Assembly: GCA_964016885.1 (NCBI GenBank)
Contig: OZ024743.1
Coordinates: 311,612,001 to 311,676,000 of the forward strand
DNA: 64,000 bases
Direction of reading: 5' to 3'
Source of the DNA: Eledone cirrhosa
Lineage: Eukaryota
Both the position numbers and the translations under genes were made by a program. Below are positions 39,612-52,313 of this stretch, one piece after another. Each line of letters begins with the position of its first letter. The stretch's first letter is position 1. The notes beneath the pieces were generated by a model that was not told the origin of the DNA, did not search any database, and saw only the letters and a list, made by a program, of their open reading frames with translations.

Positions 39612-40275
39612 TAGCCACTACTATTAATCATAGTAGTAATTTCGGCAAGTTTTGCTCAACAAATAATTTGGAGATAATTATAAAGAATTAGTATATCTAC
39701 CGTAATTTTAGTAAGTAAGTCAATTTCCATAACTTTCTTATTTACGTCTTTCATATAATTGTTCTGCATCCCCTTGCATAGAACCACAAAGTTACTAAGA
39801 CAAAACATATATATTTGCTAGCATAGGTGTGCATCTGTATACATATGTCGGTAGATATACTAATTCTTTATAATTATCTCCAAATTATTTGTTGCGCAAA
39901 ACTTGCCGAAATTACTACTATGATTAATAGTAGTGGCTAGGCCCTGGCTTAATAGCACGCCCACTCCGCACTGATTAACCTCAGTGTCACGTGATTGATT
40001 CTTTTGAATTTGCCACTTGACCAAGTAGGAAGTGAATTTTCAATGTCTTGGAATCTAGTCCCCGCTCGCTTTTTTCCATCCACTGAATTATTTTTATATA
40101 AGTTCCCAGTGTCCTCGCATTGCCTGGAAGCTTAGCTGAGAATAGACTCCCTGATGACGTAAGGTTTCTCTATGGATACGGTCCGTAACCATATTTATCC
40201 CCTTAGAGAAACTAATTAGTTGGAGTGAAATTTTAGTAAGTTAATTTTCATAACTTTCTTATTTACGTCTTTCAT
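39612..40275. repeat. Inverted and direct repeat block downstream of the Penelope ORF (pLTR-like)
   Basis: 39612-39702 inverted at 39850-39941; 39716-39755 repeated at 40237-40276. Confidence 0.75.
40146..40226 (+). ncRNA. Hammerhead-like motif with long stem II (family D)
   Basis: actcc-CTGATGA-...-GAAA-ctaattag-TT-ggagt; stems I and III perfect, base of stem II mismatched. Confidence 0.6.
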
Positions 40276-40383
40276 ATATGTATGTATATATATATATATA
40301 TGTGTGTGTATATATATGTATGTATATATATATATATGTGTGTGTGTGTGTATATATATATATGTATATATATGTGCGACTGA

Positions 40384-40790
40384 GTTATGGCTTTTAATGT
40401 TTGCCTGTAAACATACCGTGTTTCTGTAGAAATACGACATTTCTACACATATCTGTATACAGCTATACCTGAAGCTAAATCCTATTTCTATTCTATTATA
40501 AGTTGATCCAACTTATGCATCTTCATATGCAAATGAGATTAATCACTTCATTTACACAGACGAGAAAACTATATATTCTCGACTGTTTTCAAGTCCAGCA
40601 GTCGCAAGTGTGGGAGGGGTCGTCCTGATGAGAACCAGTTAAGTTCGAAATGTATCGATGATTGTCCCCCTTGTTTTTGCTGGACACCACTAGAGGGCAT
40701 TAGCCCCGGTGTTTTTTGCATAGCTACGGCTTTCTAAATATTTACCTGTAAACATACCGTGTTTCTTTATAAATACGAAATTTCTATACA
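40384..40790 (+). mobile_element. Family A hammerhead element, unit about 338 bp with terminal direct repeat
   Basis: 40384-40450 repeated at 40722-40790; homologous to 12754-12995; flanked by TA-rich microsatellite. Confidence 0.82.
40619..40662 (+). ncRNA. Minimal type I hammerhead ribozyme (family A, copy 2)
   Basis: gtcgtc-CTGATGA-gaac cagttaa gttc-GAAA-tgta-TC-gatgat. Confidence 0.85.
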
Positions 40791-40854
<64 letters not shown>

Positions 40855-40921
40855 GAAAAATGTCAGGGCCCCAACGGGTGAGCTCCGGCCGTTTCGACAG
40901 CTAGATCCGATAATATATATA

Positions 40922-40953
40922 TACGTTTCGGACACTAGTCCTTCATCAGAAGA
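40922..40953 (-). ncRNA. Minimal hammerhead (family E), lacking the 3' strand of stem I
   Basis: Reverse complement: tctt-CTGATGA-a ggac tagt gtcc-GAAA-cg-TA, then (TA)n. Confidence 0.65.
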
Positions 40954-41721
40954 TAGAGTTAGAAATAGAAGATATAATAGAAAGATATGAATGCATAATA
41001 GTTTATTGGAAGTATTTTCCAAAGTATTTGAAACATAAAACATTAACTACAACAAAACTAAATTCTGATGAATGGAATATTAAATGATCTGGGCTCATTA
41101 AATGCTTTATATTTTATTAACAACATCTATAGTGATAACAACATATATAGTGATAATTTAAAATTGATATTACATTCAAAGCTCTGTAACATTAAATATA
41201 TTTTAAATAGTTATTCCAATGAAATAAAGTATAAAAATGCCTTAAAAACCTTCCAATAGATTATTACACACACAAACACACACACACAAACAAACACACA
41301 CCCACACACAAACACACACACACACACTAACACACACGCGCGCGCGCATATTCTTATTTATTTTATAATATATGTTTACATATGCATGCATACATTAATT
41401 CACACACATATCCATAAGCATACACTCATACACATACACAAGACACACACACACACACACAAACACGCACGCACATACACATGTATATTGTAAAAAATGT
41501 GGGCTGTAAAATAAAGCCGCTGAAATTGCTGTATTATAATTTTCTTATATACACATAAGTAAATTCTTTACTTGCTTGTGCACTATGTACGGTAAGTGTC
41601 TAAGGTAGAATGCTGGTAAAATTGATTGTCTATAACGATATTATCACGATCGCTTCCAACGATGATTGCCACAGTTGTCTGAATTGAAACCGTTTCTGTT
41701 ATTTGAGTATTCATTTCAAGG

Positions 41722-41850
41722 AAATGGGTGTAAAAACCAAACTCGTTATCTTTAATTCGGTATTCATACCAACCTTTACATATAGTCAGGATTTGGGGGT
41801 AATGACCGAAAGATTACGATCGGGATTACAAGCGGCCGAAATGGGCATCC
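41722..41850 (+). mobile_element. RTE/BovB-type RT fragment
   Basis: TKLVIFNSVFIPTFTY..VMTERLRS.LQAAEM. Confidence 0.65.
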
Positions 41851-43638
41851 GAAGAAGAAGAAGAAGAAGAAGAAGAAGATCTCGAAATATGCAGCGCTTC
41901 ATTGGATTGGCAGTATCAGTAGAAGGTCAGATGCCATGCTCGGCAGCATAGAGTTACGGTCCTTTGCGGTCTGAGTTCAAATCCCGCCGAGGTTAACTTT
42001 GTCTTTCATCCTTACGGGGTTGATAAAATAAAGTACCAGTAATGTACTGGGATAATTGCTGGCATTGTGCCAAATGTAGAAACAATAATCACTCTTCATT
42101 AATTTCTCACCAAATTTAAAATTCTAAGAAAAATCTGTGACCAAGTTGATACAACAAACAACACACTAAATAAACATAATACTATAATGAATTTAAATCA
42201 TGAATGTAATTCATATGGTAATCCTGATAGAAATGCGTGTGTGCCGGTGCGTGTGTGCGTGTATGTGAGTGTCTGTGCGTGCGCGTGTGTGTGTGTATGT
42301 GTGTATTGTACTTCCATCGGTTTCGACAACGAGTGTTCCAGTTATTTGATCAACGAAGCTGGCTACTCGTGAAATTAATGCACACGTGTCTGCTCACATA
42401 CATGTACTCTTAAAATGTGTGTCTGCTCAGCCACGTATCCCATTATGCAATTCTCAAGGAGATTCAGCATTACAGCGTGTCATAAAGCTGATACTTGAAA
42501 TGCAAATATGAGTAATTTATTTTCCAGCTGTTTGAACTGGAGCAATGTGAAAGAAAATGACTTGCTCAAGGACATAACGTGCTCTCGAGAATCGAACTCA
42601 CAATCATGAGTTGAATACTCGTAGCTACTATACCATGTACTTTCACCGTGATACAAATATGAATTTCTATAAATAATATCTAATTCGTCAAAAATATAAA
42701 ATTAATCCAAAAAGAGAACTGGTAGTAAAAAGTAGTATTTTTATAGCAATTTCAAACACTTGAGCTGAGAAACTTAAAAGGAAGTTAAATTTAAAGTATC
42801 GTTTTTTGTTGAATGCTCTAAACAGGTGGAGAAATCTCGAAACAGAAGGCGAATTCATAAATTAAGAGTCACACTTGAGCTGTTAGTACCTTCGTAACAA
42901 TTTAAGCCGGAACTAATCACTCACAACCGCAATAATAAAGATAATGCTACCAGCTAACTAAGTGGTTCCCAACATTTCCACTACCAATGAATGAATTTTC
43001 CCACAAATACCCCGCTTCAACTTTTCCCTCCCAGGTTGTTGTACAGAAAGAATAACAATCAACAGAGAGAAATGTTTATATTTAGAGAAGAATGAATTCC
43101 CAATAGAGAGTATATTAAGCTGTTTTTTTAACAAGGTAATTGAAATTTTGAACTTTGCTCATCGTTTACAGAAGAGTTTCACAATCAAAATCATTGAACC
43201 TAGTATCATACAAAAACTTTTGAGTGAACAGAGTAGCCTATACCCGATTGATATACTTACTAAAAATAGCAGCCAAATCTATCTTAAATCAATCTTTATA
43301 AGCAGGACTCATTGGATAACTTTTAACCACACTAATCTCATTCGTGATTTCCTTTTGGCTTCACTAACTCACATTTCAGTCTAGAAGGTCATACGAAGAA
43401 TATGATCACTGTCCTTCATCTTTAGATAGAATCAGTTTAAAAAGTAATATAATACACCTTACTATCAAGAAAGTAAGGATTCTGGCTGGAAACGATGAAA
43501 CGCTGGAGAGAACATATGTATTTAATCACAGTAACACCACTTGTAATGTGATTGTATTAACATCACTTCCTATTTAAAAGGGCGTACGAAGACTATGAGC
43601 AGTGTTCTTTATCCTTGGATATAATCAACTAAAAAATA

Positions 43639-43835
43639 CAAGGGTTAGCTGAAAAGTTCATAGACTGAACAAGATACTCTCATGAAATGACTAGATGAGT
43701 TTTATTGTTCAACGTAGTCCCCGAAAAGAAACAATGTAGTTATTAATAAGAAGAGTGAAAATTAATGCACGCAAAATTTCACAACTCTAACATCAATTCT
43801 TCATAGTTAGCCTATGAACTTTTCAGCCACTTTCG
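43639..43835. mobile_element. Tc1/mariner MITE
   Basis: TIRs caagggttagctgaaaagttcatagact / agcctatgaacttttcagccactttcg; TA on both sides. Confidence 0.78.
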
Positions 43836-44302
43836 TATAATAGTTTTCAGGAAGGATGTATGTATTTATTTAATTTCTATTACCTCTGTATTGTTTTTTA
43901 TTTACTTTGTTCTTAACTCTGAAGCGGCGATTCATTCGGTCTCCTAGTTCGAATGTTAGTCTACGACTTCTGCTATACCATTTACGTGGTTTTGTCTTTG
44001 CGTGCAATTGTTCTCCACGCTCCACATATGACGTATTATCTTCGTTTTTTTCGTTCCTTGCCAGAGAACGTCTCTATGAACCACCTAAGAGAACATTAGT
44101 CTACGACCTCTTTTATACCATAAACGTGGTTTTGTCTTTGCGCGTAATTGTTTTTCACCGCTCCTATTAATGACGTATTATCCGTTTTTCCCCGTTCTTT
44201 GCCAGGGAACGTTTCCACGAACCAAAGTATCGTCTTGCTGTCTTCCTCCGGTTGCAACGTTTTTTGAAATATCCACTCCTGCGTTTACAGATTGACTTTG
44301 TT

Positions 44303-44353
44303 AGTTTCAGAAGATCCCGTTAAGGGTGAAAGCAGCGATTCTTTGCTTAAACT
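44303..44353 (+). ncRNA. Hammerhead-like motif with CAGAAGA core variant (family F)
   Basis: agttt-CAGAAGA-t ccc gttaa ggg t-GAAA-gca..tgc-TT-aaact; also at 55897-55948 and 57742-57795; inverted partial copies at 44783-44843 and 57684-57740. Confidence 0.5.
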
Positions 44354-44514
44354 TTAATCTGTTATTTTAATATATATATATATATATATGTACACACATA
44401 TATGTGTGTATACATATATATGTCAACATGAATAGACCTGTTATTTTTATCTAAAGGCATTTTTTTCAAATTCCAGCCCGCCCGTCCCTTCAGTCTATCT
44501 TATTTCTCAATCTT

Positions 44515-44550
44515 TCTTCTGATGAAGGACTAGCGTCCGAAACGTTAAGA
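44515..44550 (+). ncRNA. Minimal hammerhead ribozyme (family E)
   Basis: tctt-CTGATGA-a ggac tagc gtcc-GAAA-cg-TT-aaga; degenerate copy at 57881-57910 (GAAA changed to GATC). Confidence 0.72.
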
Positions 44551-44635
44551 CCCTCTTCCTACTATTTCAAACGTTAACCTAATATATTCCTCCCATATAG
44601 TGTACCGATTGTGTTGTTATTTCTGTTTACCTTTT

Positions 44636-44777
<142 letters not shown>

Positions 44778-45172
44778 TTATTAAAATAACAGATTAAAGT
44801 TTAAGCAAAGAATCGCTGCTTTCACCCTTAACGCGATCTTTTGAAAGCAGCGATTCTTTGCTTAAACTTTAATCTGTTATTTTAATAAATATTTGCTCTA
44901 CGGTTTCTTATATATTTGATATATATTTATCCTTATCGAGCCCTCTTTGGATTTTAGTCTTCAAATTTATTATTATTACTATATATATATCCGTATGTGG
45001 TTGACGACTAGGGAAAAGAGTTACGTAATACTGAAATAGAGTTTATAGATTCATTGAAAGTTAAATAGTGAGTGTTGTTTAACACCTGTGATAAACAGGA
45101 GAAACGCCAGAGTAACAAGACTCTCTATTTAGCCTTAATAAAATTAATATATGTATATATATAAGGATACAA

Positions 45173-45222
<50 letters not shown>

Positions 45223-45917
45223 GGGGGGGGGGGGGCTGACAAAAATAAAACTGTGAACAAAAACAAATGCCAGCATTTAACAATGGAAATCATAGCGAGG
45301 TTTCCAACAGCTGATGCAAACAACACCTGTACAAAGAACAGTGGAAAGTTAACTTTGAAATCAGATTTGTAGTAAACCGTCGTAAATATTTTTATTTTTA
45401 TTTATTATCCAGATTATAATACAACAATATCTGTTTCGACATTAGACTTCACATCAAGAATCTTGCAAAACAAATACAAAACCGGAGATTAAAGATTATA
45501 TTAGAAAATAACAGAAGTAAACGATTTATGAAATTATTGTCGTATTAAAAAGAAAATATCTATTTCCAAAACCTATGAAGTTATTGCCACAATCTGTAGT
45601 AGTAAAAATTCCTAGCAATCAAAAATCGTTTACAGCTTCTAGTTATATTTTTTACTTTTATGCTCGTTTTTACTTATTCATTTATATATTTTGTTTACAA
45701 TCATAATATAATTGATAGTTAGATAAACTTAATCATTATTTATTCTAATTAACCATGGTTAACTTTGCCTTTCATCCTTACGGGGTCGATAAAATAAAGT
45801 ACCAGTAATGTACTGGATAATTGCTGGCCTTGTGCCAAAAGTAGAAACAATTATTTATTCTAATTAATTATATAGTGAAAATTATTTACTTAAGGCGGTA
45901 TTGTTTTAGGAATATAA

Positions 45918-46190
45918 CTAGACGACCCGTGACCGGTTTATTTCAAAATATTTTTTTAAAATCATGTTCACTTAAAAATAATTTTTAAATAATTCAAATA
46001 TACACAGACATGTATATAATGTGGAATTAAAATGGAAGGCCCATATATATACATGTGTGTTGTATATATATAAATGTATGTGTGTATACAAATATATATA
46101 CAACACACATGTATATAAGTATGTGGGTGTATATATATATATGTCTGTGATCTGTATGCATTGGTCATAGACACACACACACACACACAT

Positions 46191-46261
<71 letters not shown>

Positions 46262-46527
46262 AACCCACCACCAGCTCTCTTACATTCTCCTTCTCTGTCT
46301 CCTCTCTCTTTCTCTCTTTCAATCTACTCTATCACAACCACTATCTCTTCCTTTCTATCTTTCTCTCTCTTTGTTTATGAAGGTACCCAGAAAAATCCCA
46401 TATCTCGGGAACCCGTGGTCCGCTTTACGCGAAACTTGTTTTATTCCATTTGTATTCCCATTTCAGGGTCAACTTCCTTTCGAAGTATTTTCCCATTATG
46501 CGCCCTTTTGGCTGTATTACATTACTG

Positions 46528-46571
<44 letters not shown>

Positions 46572-46599
46572 TCAAGCAATCACAGACTTTTAGTATAGA
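45918..46599 (-). mobile_element. Non-autonomous Helitron-like element
   Basis: Reverse strand starts TCTATACTAAAAG plus (TTGC)n and ends near ccggtcacgggtcgt-CTAG. Confidence 0.5.
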
Positions 46600-47589
46600 T
46601 TACATATAAATTTTAAAAAAATAAAAAAATAAATATTGGATTTTATTTCGTTTTTGTATTTCTTTGTTTTTCTGTGAATTCGTGTTGTACAGATGTACTT
46701 TTCAAAGGTCATGCCGTGCCGCCGATTTAAACACGCGCACCGGTTGGTTTGACTTCAGTTTTCTTAATAAGTTAATTAGTCCACCCTGCAAGGTCATAGA
46801 CAGTAAGACGAAAGAGCTTTAATAATTAATTATTTGATTAATTAATTAATTGGTTGATTAGCCAACCGATGGATGGATTAATTATCTGATTAATAATTAT
46901 TTCTAACATTCACTCAATGACAGCAAATTCGGGGGCAAGGGAAGGTCGATTGTATCAACCCGCAGTGCATTATGGGTACTTTATTTTATAGACTCCGGGA
47001 GGCTGAAAGGTAAAATTGATCTCGACGAGATTTGAACTCAGAACGTAATGAGCTGTATTTATATGCTGTAAAGGATTTCGTGCAACGCTCTACCTGTTAC
47101 TGCCAATCCACCACCCTAATTGTCAGATTAATAATCGTTTCTGATTTAGTCACAAGGCCAACCATTTTTTGGGAGGTTCAAATCAATTAAATCGACCCCA
47201 GTGCATTACTGGTACTTTATTTCATCAACCTTGTAAGGATGAAAGGCAAAGCTAACCTCGGTGGGATTTGAACTCAGAACGTAACGAGCTGTATTTATAT
47301 GCTGCAAGGTGTTTTGTCGTCCAACGCTCTGCCGATTACTGCTAATACACCACTCTAATTGTATGATTAATGATAAAAACTAATGTAAGACACAACCGGT
47401 GCTCACGTTTTCTTTGGCAGCATGACGCCATTAGCCAAAATAGAAAAAGATTTTATTTAGATTTTATATAAAACTAAACTAAAAACATGTTAAAGACACG
47501 ACTTGCTGTGAAATTCTTCTTCTACGGTGCGCATAATGGTGTTTGTTTATATATGAGTTTAAAAACGTACAACGGTAAAGCCTTGCCTG

Positions 47590-47900
47590 AAATTTACCTC
47601 ACTATGTGTAACGCTTGCCACTCTTAGGAATTGACGGAGTGATTATTGAGCGATATTTTCTCAGCAATCTGATGAATTCAGAGTCAGATTTAATCTTTGA
47701 TGACCCACAGGCTGACGATAACAAGTGTTTTGAGTACCGGCTGCTTTTCGATAGGTTTCTCTCTGACCCATAACGGTGGGAACATCTTGTGTTCTGAGCA
47801 CCCCAAACCATCTCCGGACCACCTCCACTAGGTGAGCTGTCCACTAGTTCAATACATAACGGTGAAATTCTCTGGCGTGTTGGGTCCCCGTATCATCTCC
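47590..47900 (-). pseudogene. Tc1-like transposase remnant
   Basis: SGGGPEMVWGA motif (compare GGGSVMVWG of Tc1 transposases). Confidence 0.45.
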
Positions 47901-48413
47901 ATATTTACTGTGATTAGGACAGAGTTGGCCACCTGCAACAAACCTCACAAGATGGGCCGTGTTCTTGTCGAACTCACAGCTGTGGAAATATCTCATAGAC
48001 TGAGACGCCGAACCACCTCTCTACATCTGCAATCGTGACGGAGGTAGCCAGTCGTAAGAACGAGTCACGATAATTGGACTGGCCCTTTCAGTGTATCTCC
48101 ATTGCTGTCTTCGGAGTTAACGCATTCGCAATTCTGTCCACTGAAACCATGAACGACATGAGATAGTAGCGTTATCAATTAATCGTTCTTTACAGTTTTG
48201 ATTCAGACTCTGTTGCAATTATTGTTGTTACAACAATTTTCAACACTCTCTTCATTCATTTTCGTATCATTTATACTACCCACATATTTATACTATTTTT
48301 AAATCAGTGTTAGTTATAGTTGCGTATGTTTTGTGTAACACAGTGTTATTTTATGCAAAGTTACGCATGTGTAGGCATGCGTATAGACATATGTATATAT
48401 ATATAGGTATACA

Positions 48414-49136
48414 CAATGGTGTAGCTAGGGTAAACGGCGCCCAGGGCAAGCATCAAAATGTCAAGATCCACAAAGACGAAATTGCGGTAGAATTTATAAT
48501 AAAAAAACAAAAAAACGGTTACAACTTGATTTTTCGGGCTTTTAATGAGGCAAACTAGTTGATAATTTCCTCGAAATCAGTTCGTTCAAACTCTTCGATT
48601 TCTATACTCAAAGGGGAGAGGTCAGTCAGCTGTTGTTGGCCCATTGAGGTTCGCAAATACAAATGTATTAGCTTTAGCTTGCTGAACGACCTCTCGTAAC
48701 TGGCAATTAAAATAGAAATCGTCAACATTATTTGAATGCTGATTCGCAAATTGGGAAAAACACATTCATCGCCGTATTGTATGATGAATTGGAGAAGTGC
48801 CTCCGGCTTTAAAATTGGGTCAGCTGTCCTAGTAGCCAGTATAGCTAAAAATGTATAGCTAAAAATAGCGCCTGCATAATTGCAACCCACCCTGCTGTCA
48901 GTGTGGGTGGGGGGGTGGGGGCGTTTTGTGAAGTCAAATCAGACATCTGCTCTGTCTAGTGCACTAGACATGGCGTGGAAGTCGGCTATCAAGAAATCAC
49001 ATGCTTCATTTTTGGCTTATATTTTAAAAAATGATAAAAACCACATGGATGTAAATCGATCTAGGTCGAAATTGCGCCACCTAAATATGGCGCCCGTGGC
49101 ATGTGCCCTGCTTAACACACCCTAGCTACGCCACTG
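48414..49136 (-). mobile_element. Internally deleted hAT transposon
   Basis: TIRs caatggtgtagctagggt / accctagctacgccactg; 8-bp TSD ggtataca; hATC dimerisation fragment FPNL..LT..ASYERSFSKLKLI..YLRTSMGQ..L..LSIE. Confidence 0.92.
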
Positions 49137-50649
49137 GGTATACATCAACTATGCTGAGAGATTGCCTTCAGCGATTTAGTCGATTATACCATTCCCAGCA
49201 TATCTTTTTAAGTTAGATTGTTTAAACAAAGAACAATTTTTAAATATAAATAGATAAGGACAAGGGCACACATGCACTCACACACACACACACTTACAAG
49301 CACACACACACAAATACGATGGTCTTTCGCAGAGTTACTGTCAACCAAATTTGACTCATAGGGCGTCACGCAATGGGAACGAACCCTTCTTTTCCTCTGT
49401 TCGCATCTCTTTTCCCCTCTTCCAAATCCATTTGTAGAATGGTCTTTCCAAGGCCATTGGATCTTGTTACATGGCCACACAATGTGAGAAGGTATTCATA
49501 GAAAGCAATGTGACTTAGGATAGTTTTGCAGACCTATTCGCTTGTGTTGTGCTCTACGCATGTTTTTCTTAATATGTGTAACGAGTTTATCAATCTAAAC
49601 GTTCAAATCTTCACCTCGCAAATATATATAGTCAGCTTTACTAGCTACAATTTAAAGAGGTATAAATATTTAAAGAAAACACATATGCGGCGTGTTTTTA
49701 TAATTAGGGTAATACTAATACCCGCAATGCTACTTTCTTTGTCTTTATGTTTGACTAAATTTTAAATTCTTTATTATTTTTATGTAATTGAAAATTTAGA
49801 ATTTTTAAAATTTCTATTAAACGTTAAAAATGTTTGGGTTTATTTAATCTAAAAAAAGAAAGACGGTATTCTCATTTCACATCCGTTGATCTGCTAATCG
49901 AATCAGAGAAACAAATTTATGCCAGATACCTCGCTCCACCATCATTGTTCGTATTTCCAATACTGTCTTCAGAGCGATTTCTGTTGGTTTGAGGACGGTG
50001 AGCTGGCAGAGTCATTAAAATGTCGTACAAATGCTTAACAGTATTTGTTCCAGCTTTTTACGTTTTGGGTTCAAATCCTACCGAGCTCAATTTTACCTTT
50101 TATCCTCTCCCCCAAATTGCTGGTCCTGTGCCTAAATCAATAAAGTTAGTGGTTTCTCTCACACGGTTAATACACTCATGTATCACCAAATTTGAGATTA
50201 TTTCTTCAAAAAGTGACCTGCCAATCTCAATCTTCGCTGAGCTTCCAGATTCTTTCTTCTTCTCCCTATTCAAGCTACAAGGTATTTGAAAGTTTCAAAT
50301 ACGTTTAGCTGTTGTTGGGATTTTTAGTTCAAGCTCTATCATCCTACTATTATCCAGCTGTAATTTAAGAGATATAAATACTTAATACAAACATATTATA
50401 CTCCCACTTCGTCATTATCACAGATTACAACATCCTCAATATTTTGAAAAAGTAGCGAATTATATATATATGTATGCTTGTGATGAAACATGTATCAATG
50501 TATTAATGAATTCAACGGAGCTTGTTGTATAACGTTGTTATATAAATATTGTCAAATATATATATTTGAATGAGTCAGCAGCTGATAAATTCTCTTATAT
50601 ATCATTTTCTATTACCATTAGTATTGTGTTGTAGCATAAAGTGAAGTCT

Positions 50650-51470
50650 CTTTATGTATTGAGTTCAAATCCCGCTCAGGTTAGCTTTGCCTTTTATCCT
50701 TTCGGGATTGATAAAATAAAGTACCAGTAACGCACTGGGGTCGATTTAATCGACTTTCGCCTCTCACAAAACTGTTTGCTATGTGCCTAAATCAGAAACC
50801 ATTATTATTCGGGAGAATAGAGCGGTAGATTGGCAGTATCGGTAGAGCGTCGGACACTATGCTTCGCGGCATAGAGTTGCGGCTTTTTACGTTCTGATTT
50901 CAAATCCCGCCGAGGTTAGCTTTGCCTTTCATCCTTAAGGTGTCCCTAAAATAAAGTACCAGTAATGCACTGGGATCGATTTAATCGACTTTCGCCTCTC
51001 CCAAAATGGTTTGCCTTGTGTCTAAATCAGAAACCATTATTATTTGGTAATTGCTGGCCTTGTGCCAAAAGTAGAAACAATTTTTATTTGGTAGAAGATC
51101 GGAAAAGATGCTTTTCAACATATGGTTATGTCCCCTTGTATTCTAAGTTCAAATCCCTCCGAAGTTAGGTTTGCTTTTCATCCTTATGGAATCGATAAAA
51201 TAAAGTACCAGTAACACACTGAGGTCGATTTAATCGACTTTCCCCTACCTCAGAATTATTGGCCTTGTGCCTATCTAAGAAACCATTAATGTTGCGTTGT
51301 GGCATATAGTTACAACCCTTTGAGTTCTGAGTTCAAATCACGCCGAAACTATCTTTACCTTTCAAGCTTCCGGAATCGATAAGAGAAAGTACCAGTCTAA
51401 TACTGGTGTCGATATTATCGATTTTCCCCATCCAGCCCCCAAATTGCTGGTCTAGTGCCTAAATTGGAAA
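50650..51470 (+). mobile_element. Cluster of main-family SINEs
   Basis: Four to five tandem copies; other copies at 11680-11885, 41900-42090, 45757-45853 (+) and 10520-10840, 46910-47360, 57450-57632 (-). Confidence 0.88.
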
Positions 51471-51752
51471 GCGTTACATTGATTTTATTTAGTGATGACT
51501 TCTGATATTTCTTGATATCGCTCATCGAAGTTAGGGATTTTATCAGATGAGACTACATAGAATAATATTTATTTAGAAATCTATCTTATTCTTTTACTCA
51601 TTCACTGGTTTCAGTAATTTAACTGTGGCAATACTGTGATACTGAGTTAAGAGGATTTAGGTCGATCATAGTGATCCCAGTACATATTTCATTCAAATTT
51701 GGTTCTTACCTTATCGATCTCTTTTTGTCGAATCACGAAGTATGGGACACAA

Positions 51753-51807
<55 letters not shown>

Positions 51808-52313
51808 CACCCACCCACCCACACATACATACATACATACATACATACATGGTGGCTGCCAACTCGTTTTCGAGTACGGCCACTACTTTATATCCATGTA
51901 GGAGAACCCCTACTGATGCGCTGAACGAGTGTGACATTTTAGTCCAGCCAGCGACTTGAAAACTCTGGTACAAACACTACACTTGTGACAATTATTGACA
52001 CATAGTGCTGGGCCCATGGTACCATGTGACGACAAGTGCAGAGAGATCTCCAGATATAAAGCAATGCCTGTGCCGTGAAGCTTTTATAGTGAGCAAAGGC
52101 ACTGCACAAAGCCAGTCCCACTCTCTTAACCAAGATGATATTTACCAAAAAGAAGAACAAGTCAACATCATTGGATACCATCAGGGTTGCAGGTGTTATA
52201 TCAGAGTTTTCCTTCTCCTAGAATTCTGCCTTGACAAAGGCTAAGGGGTCATCATACATACATACATACATACATACATACATACATACATACATACATA
52301 CATACATACATAA

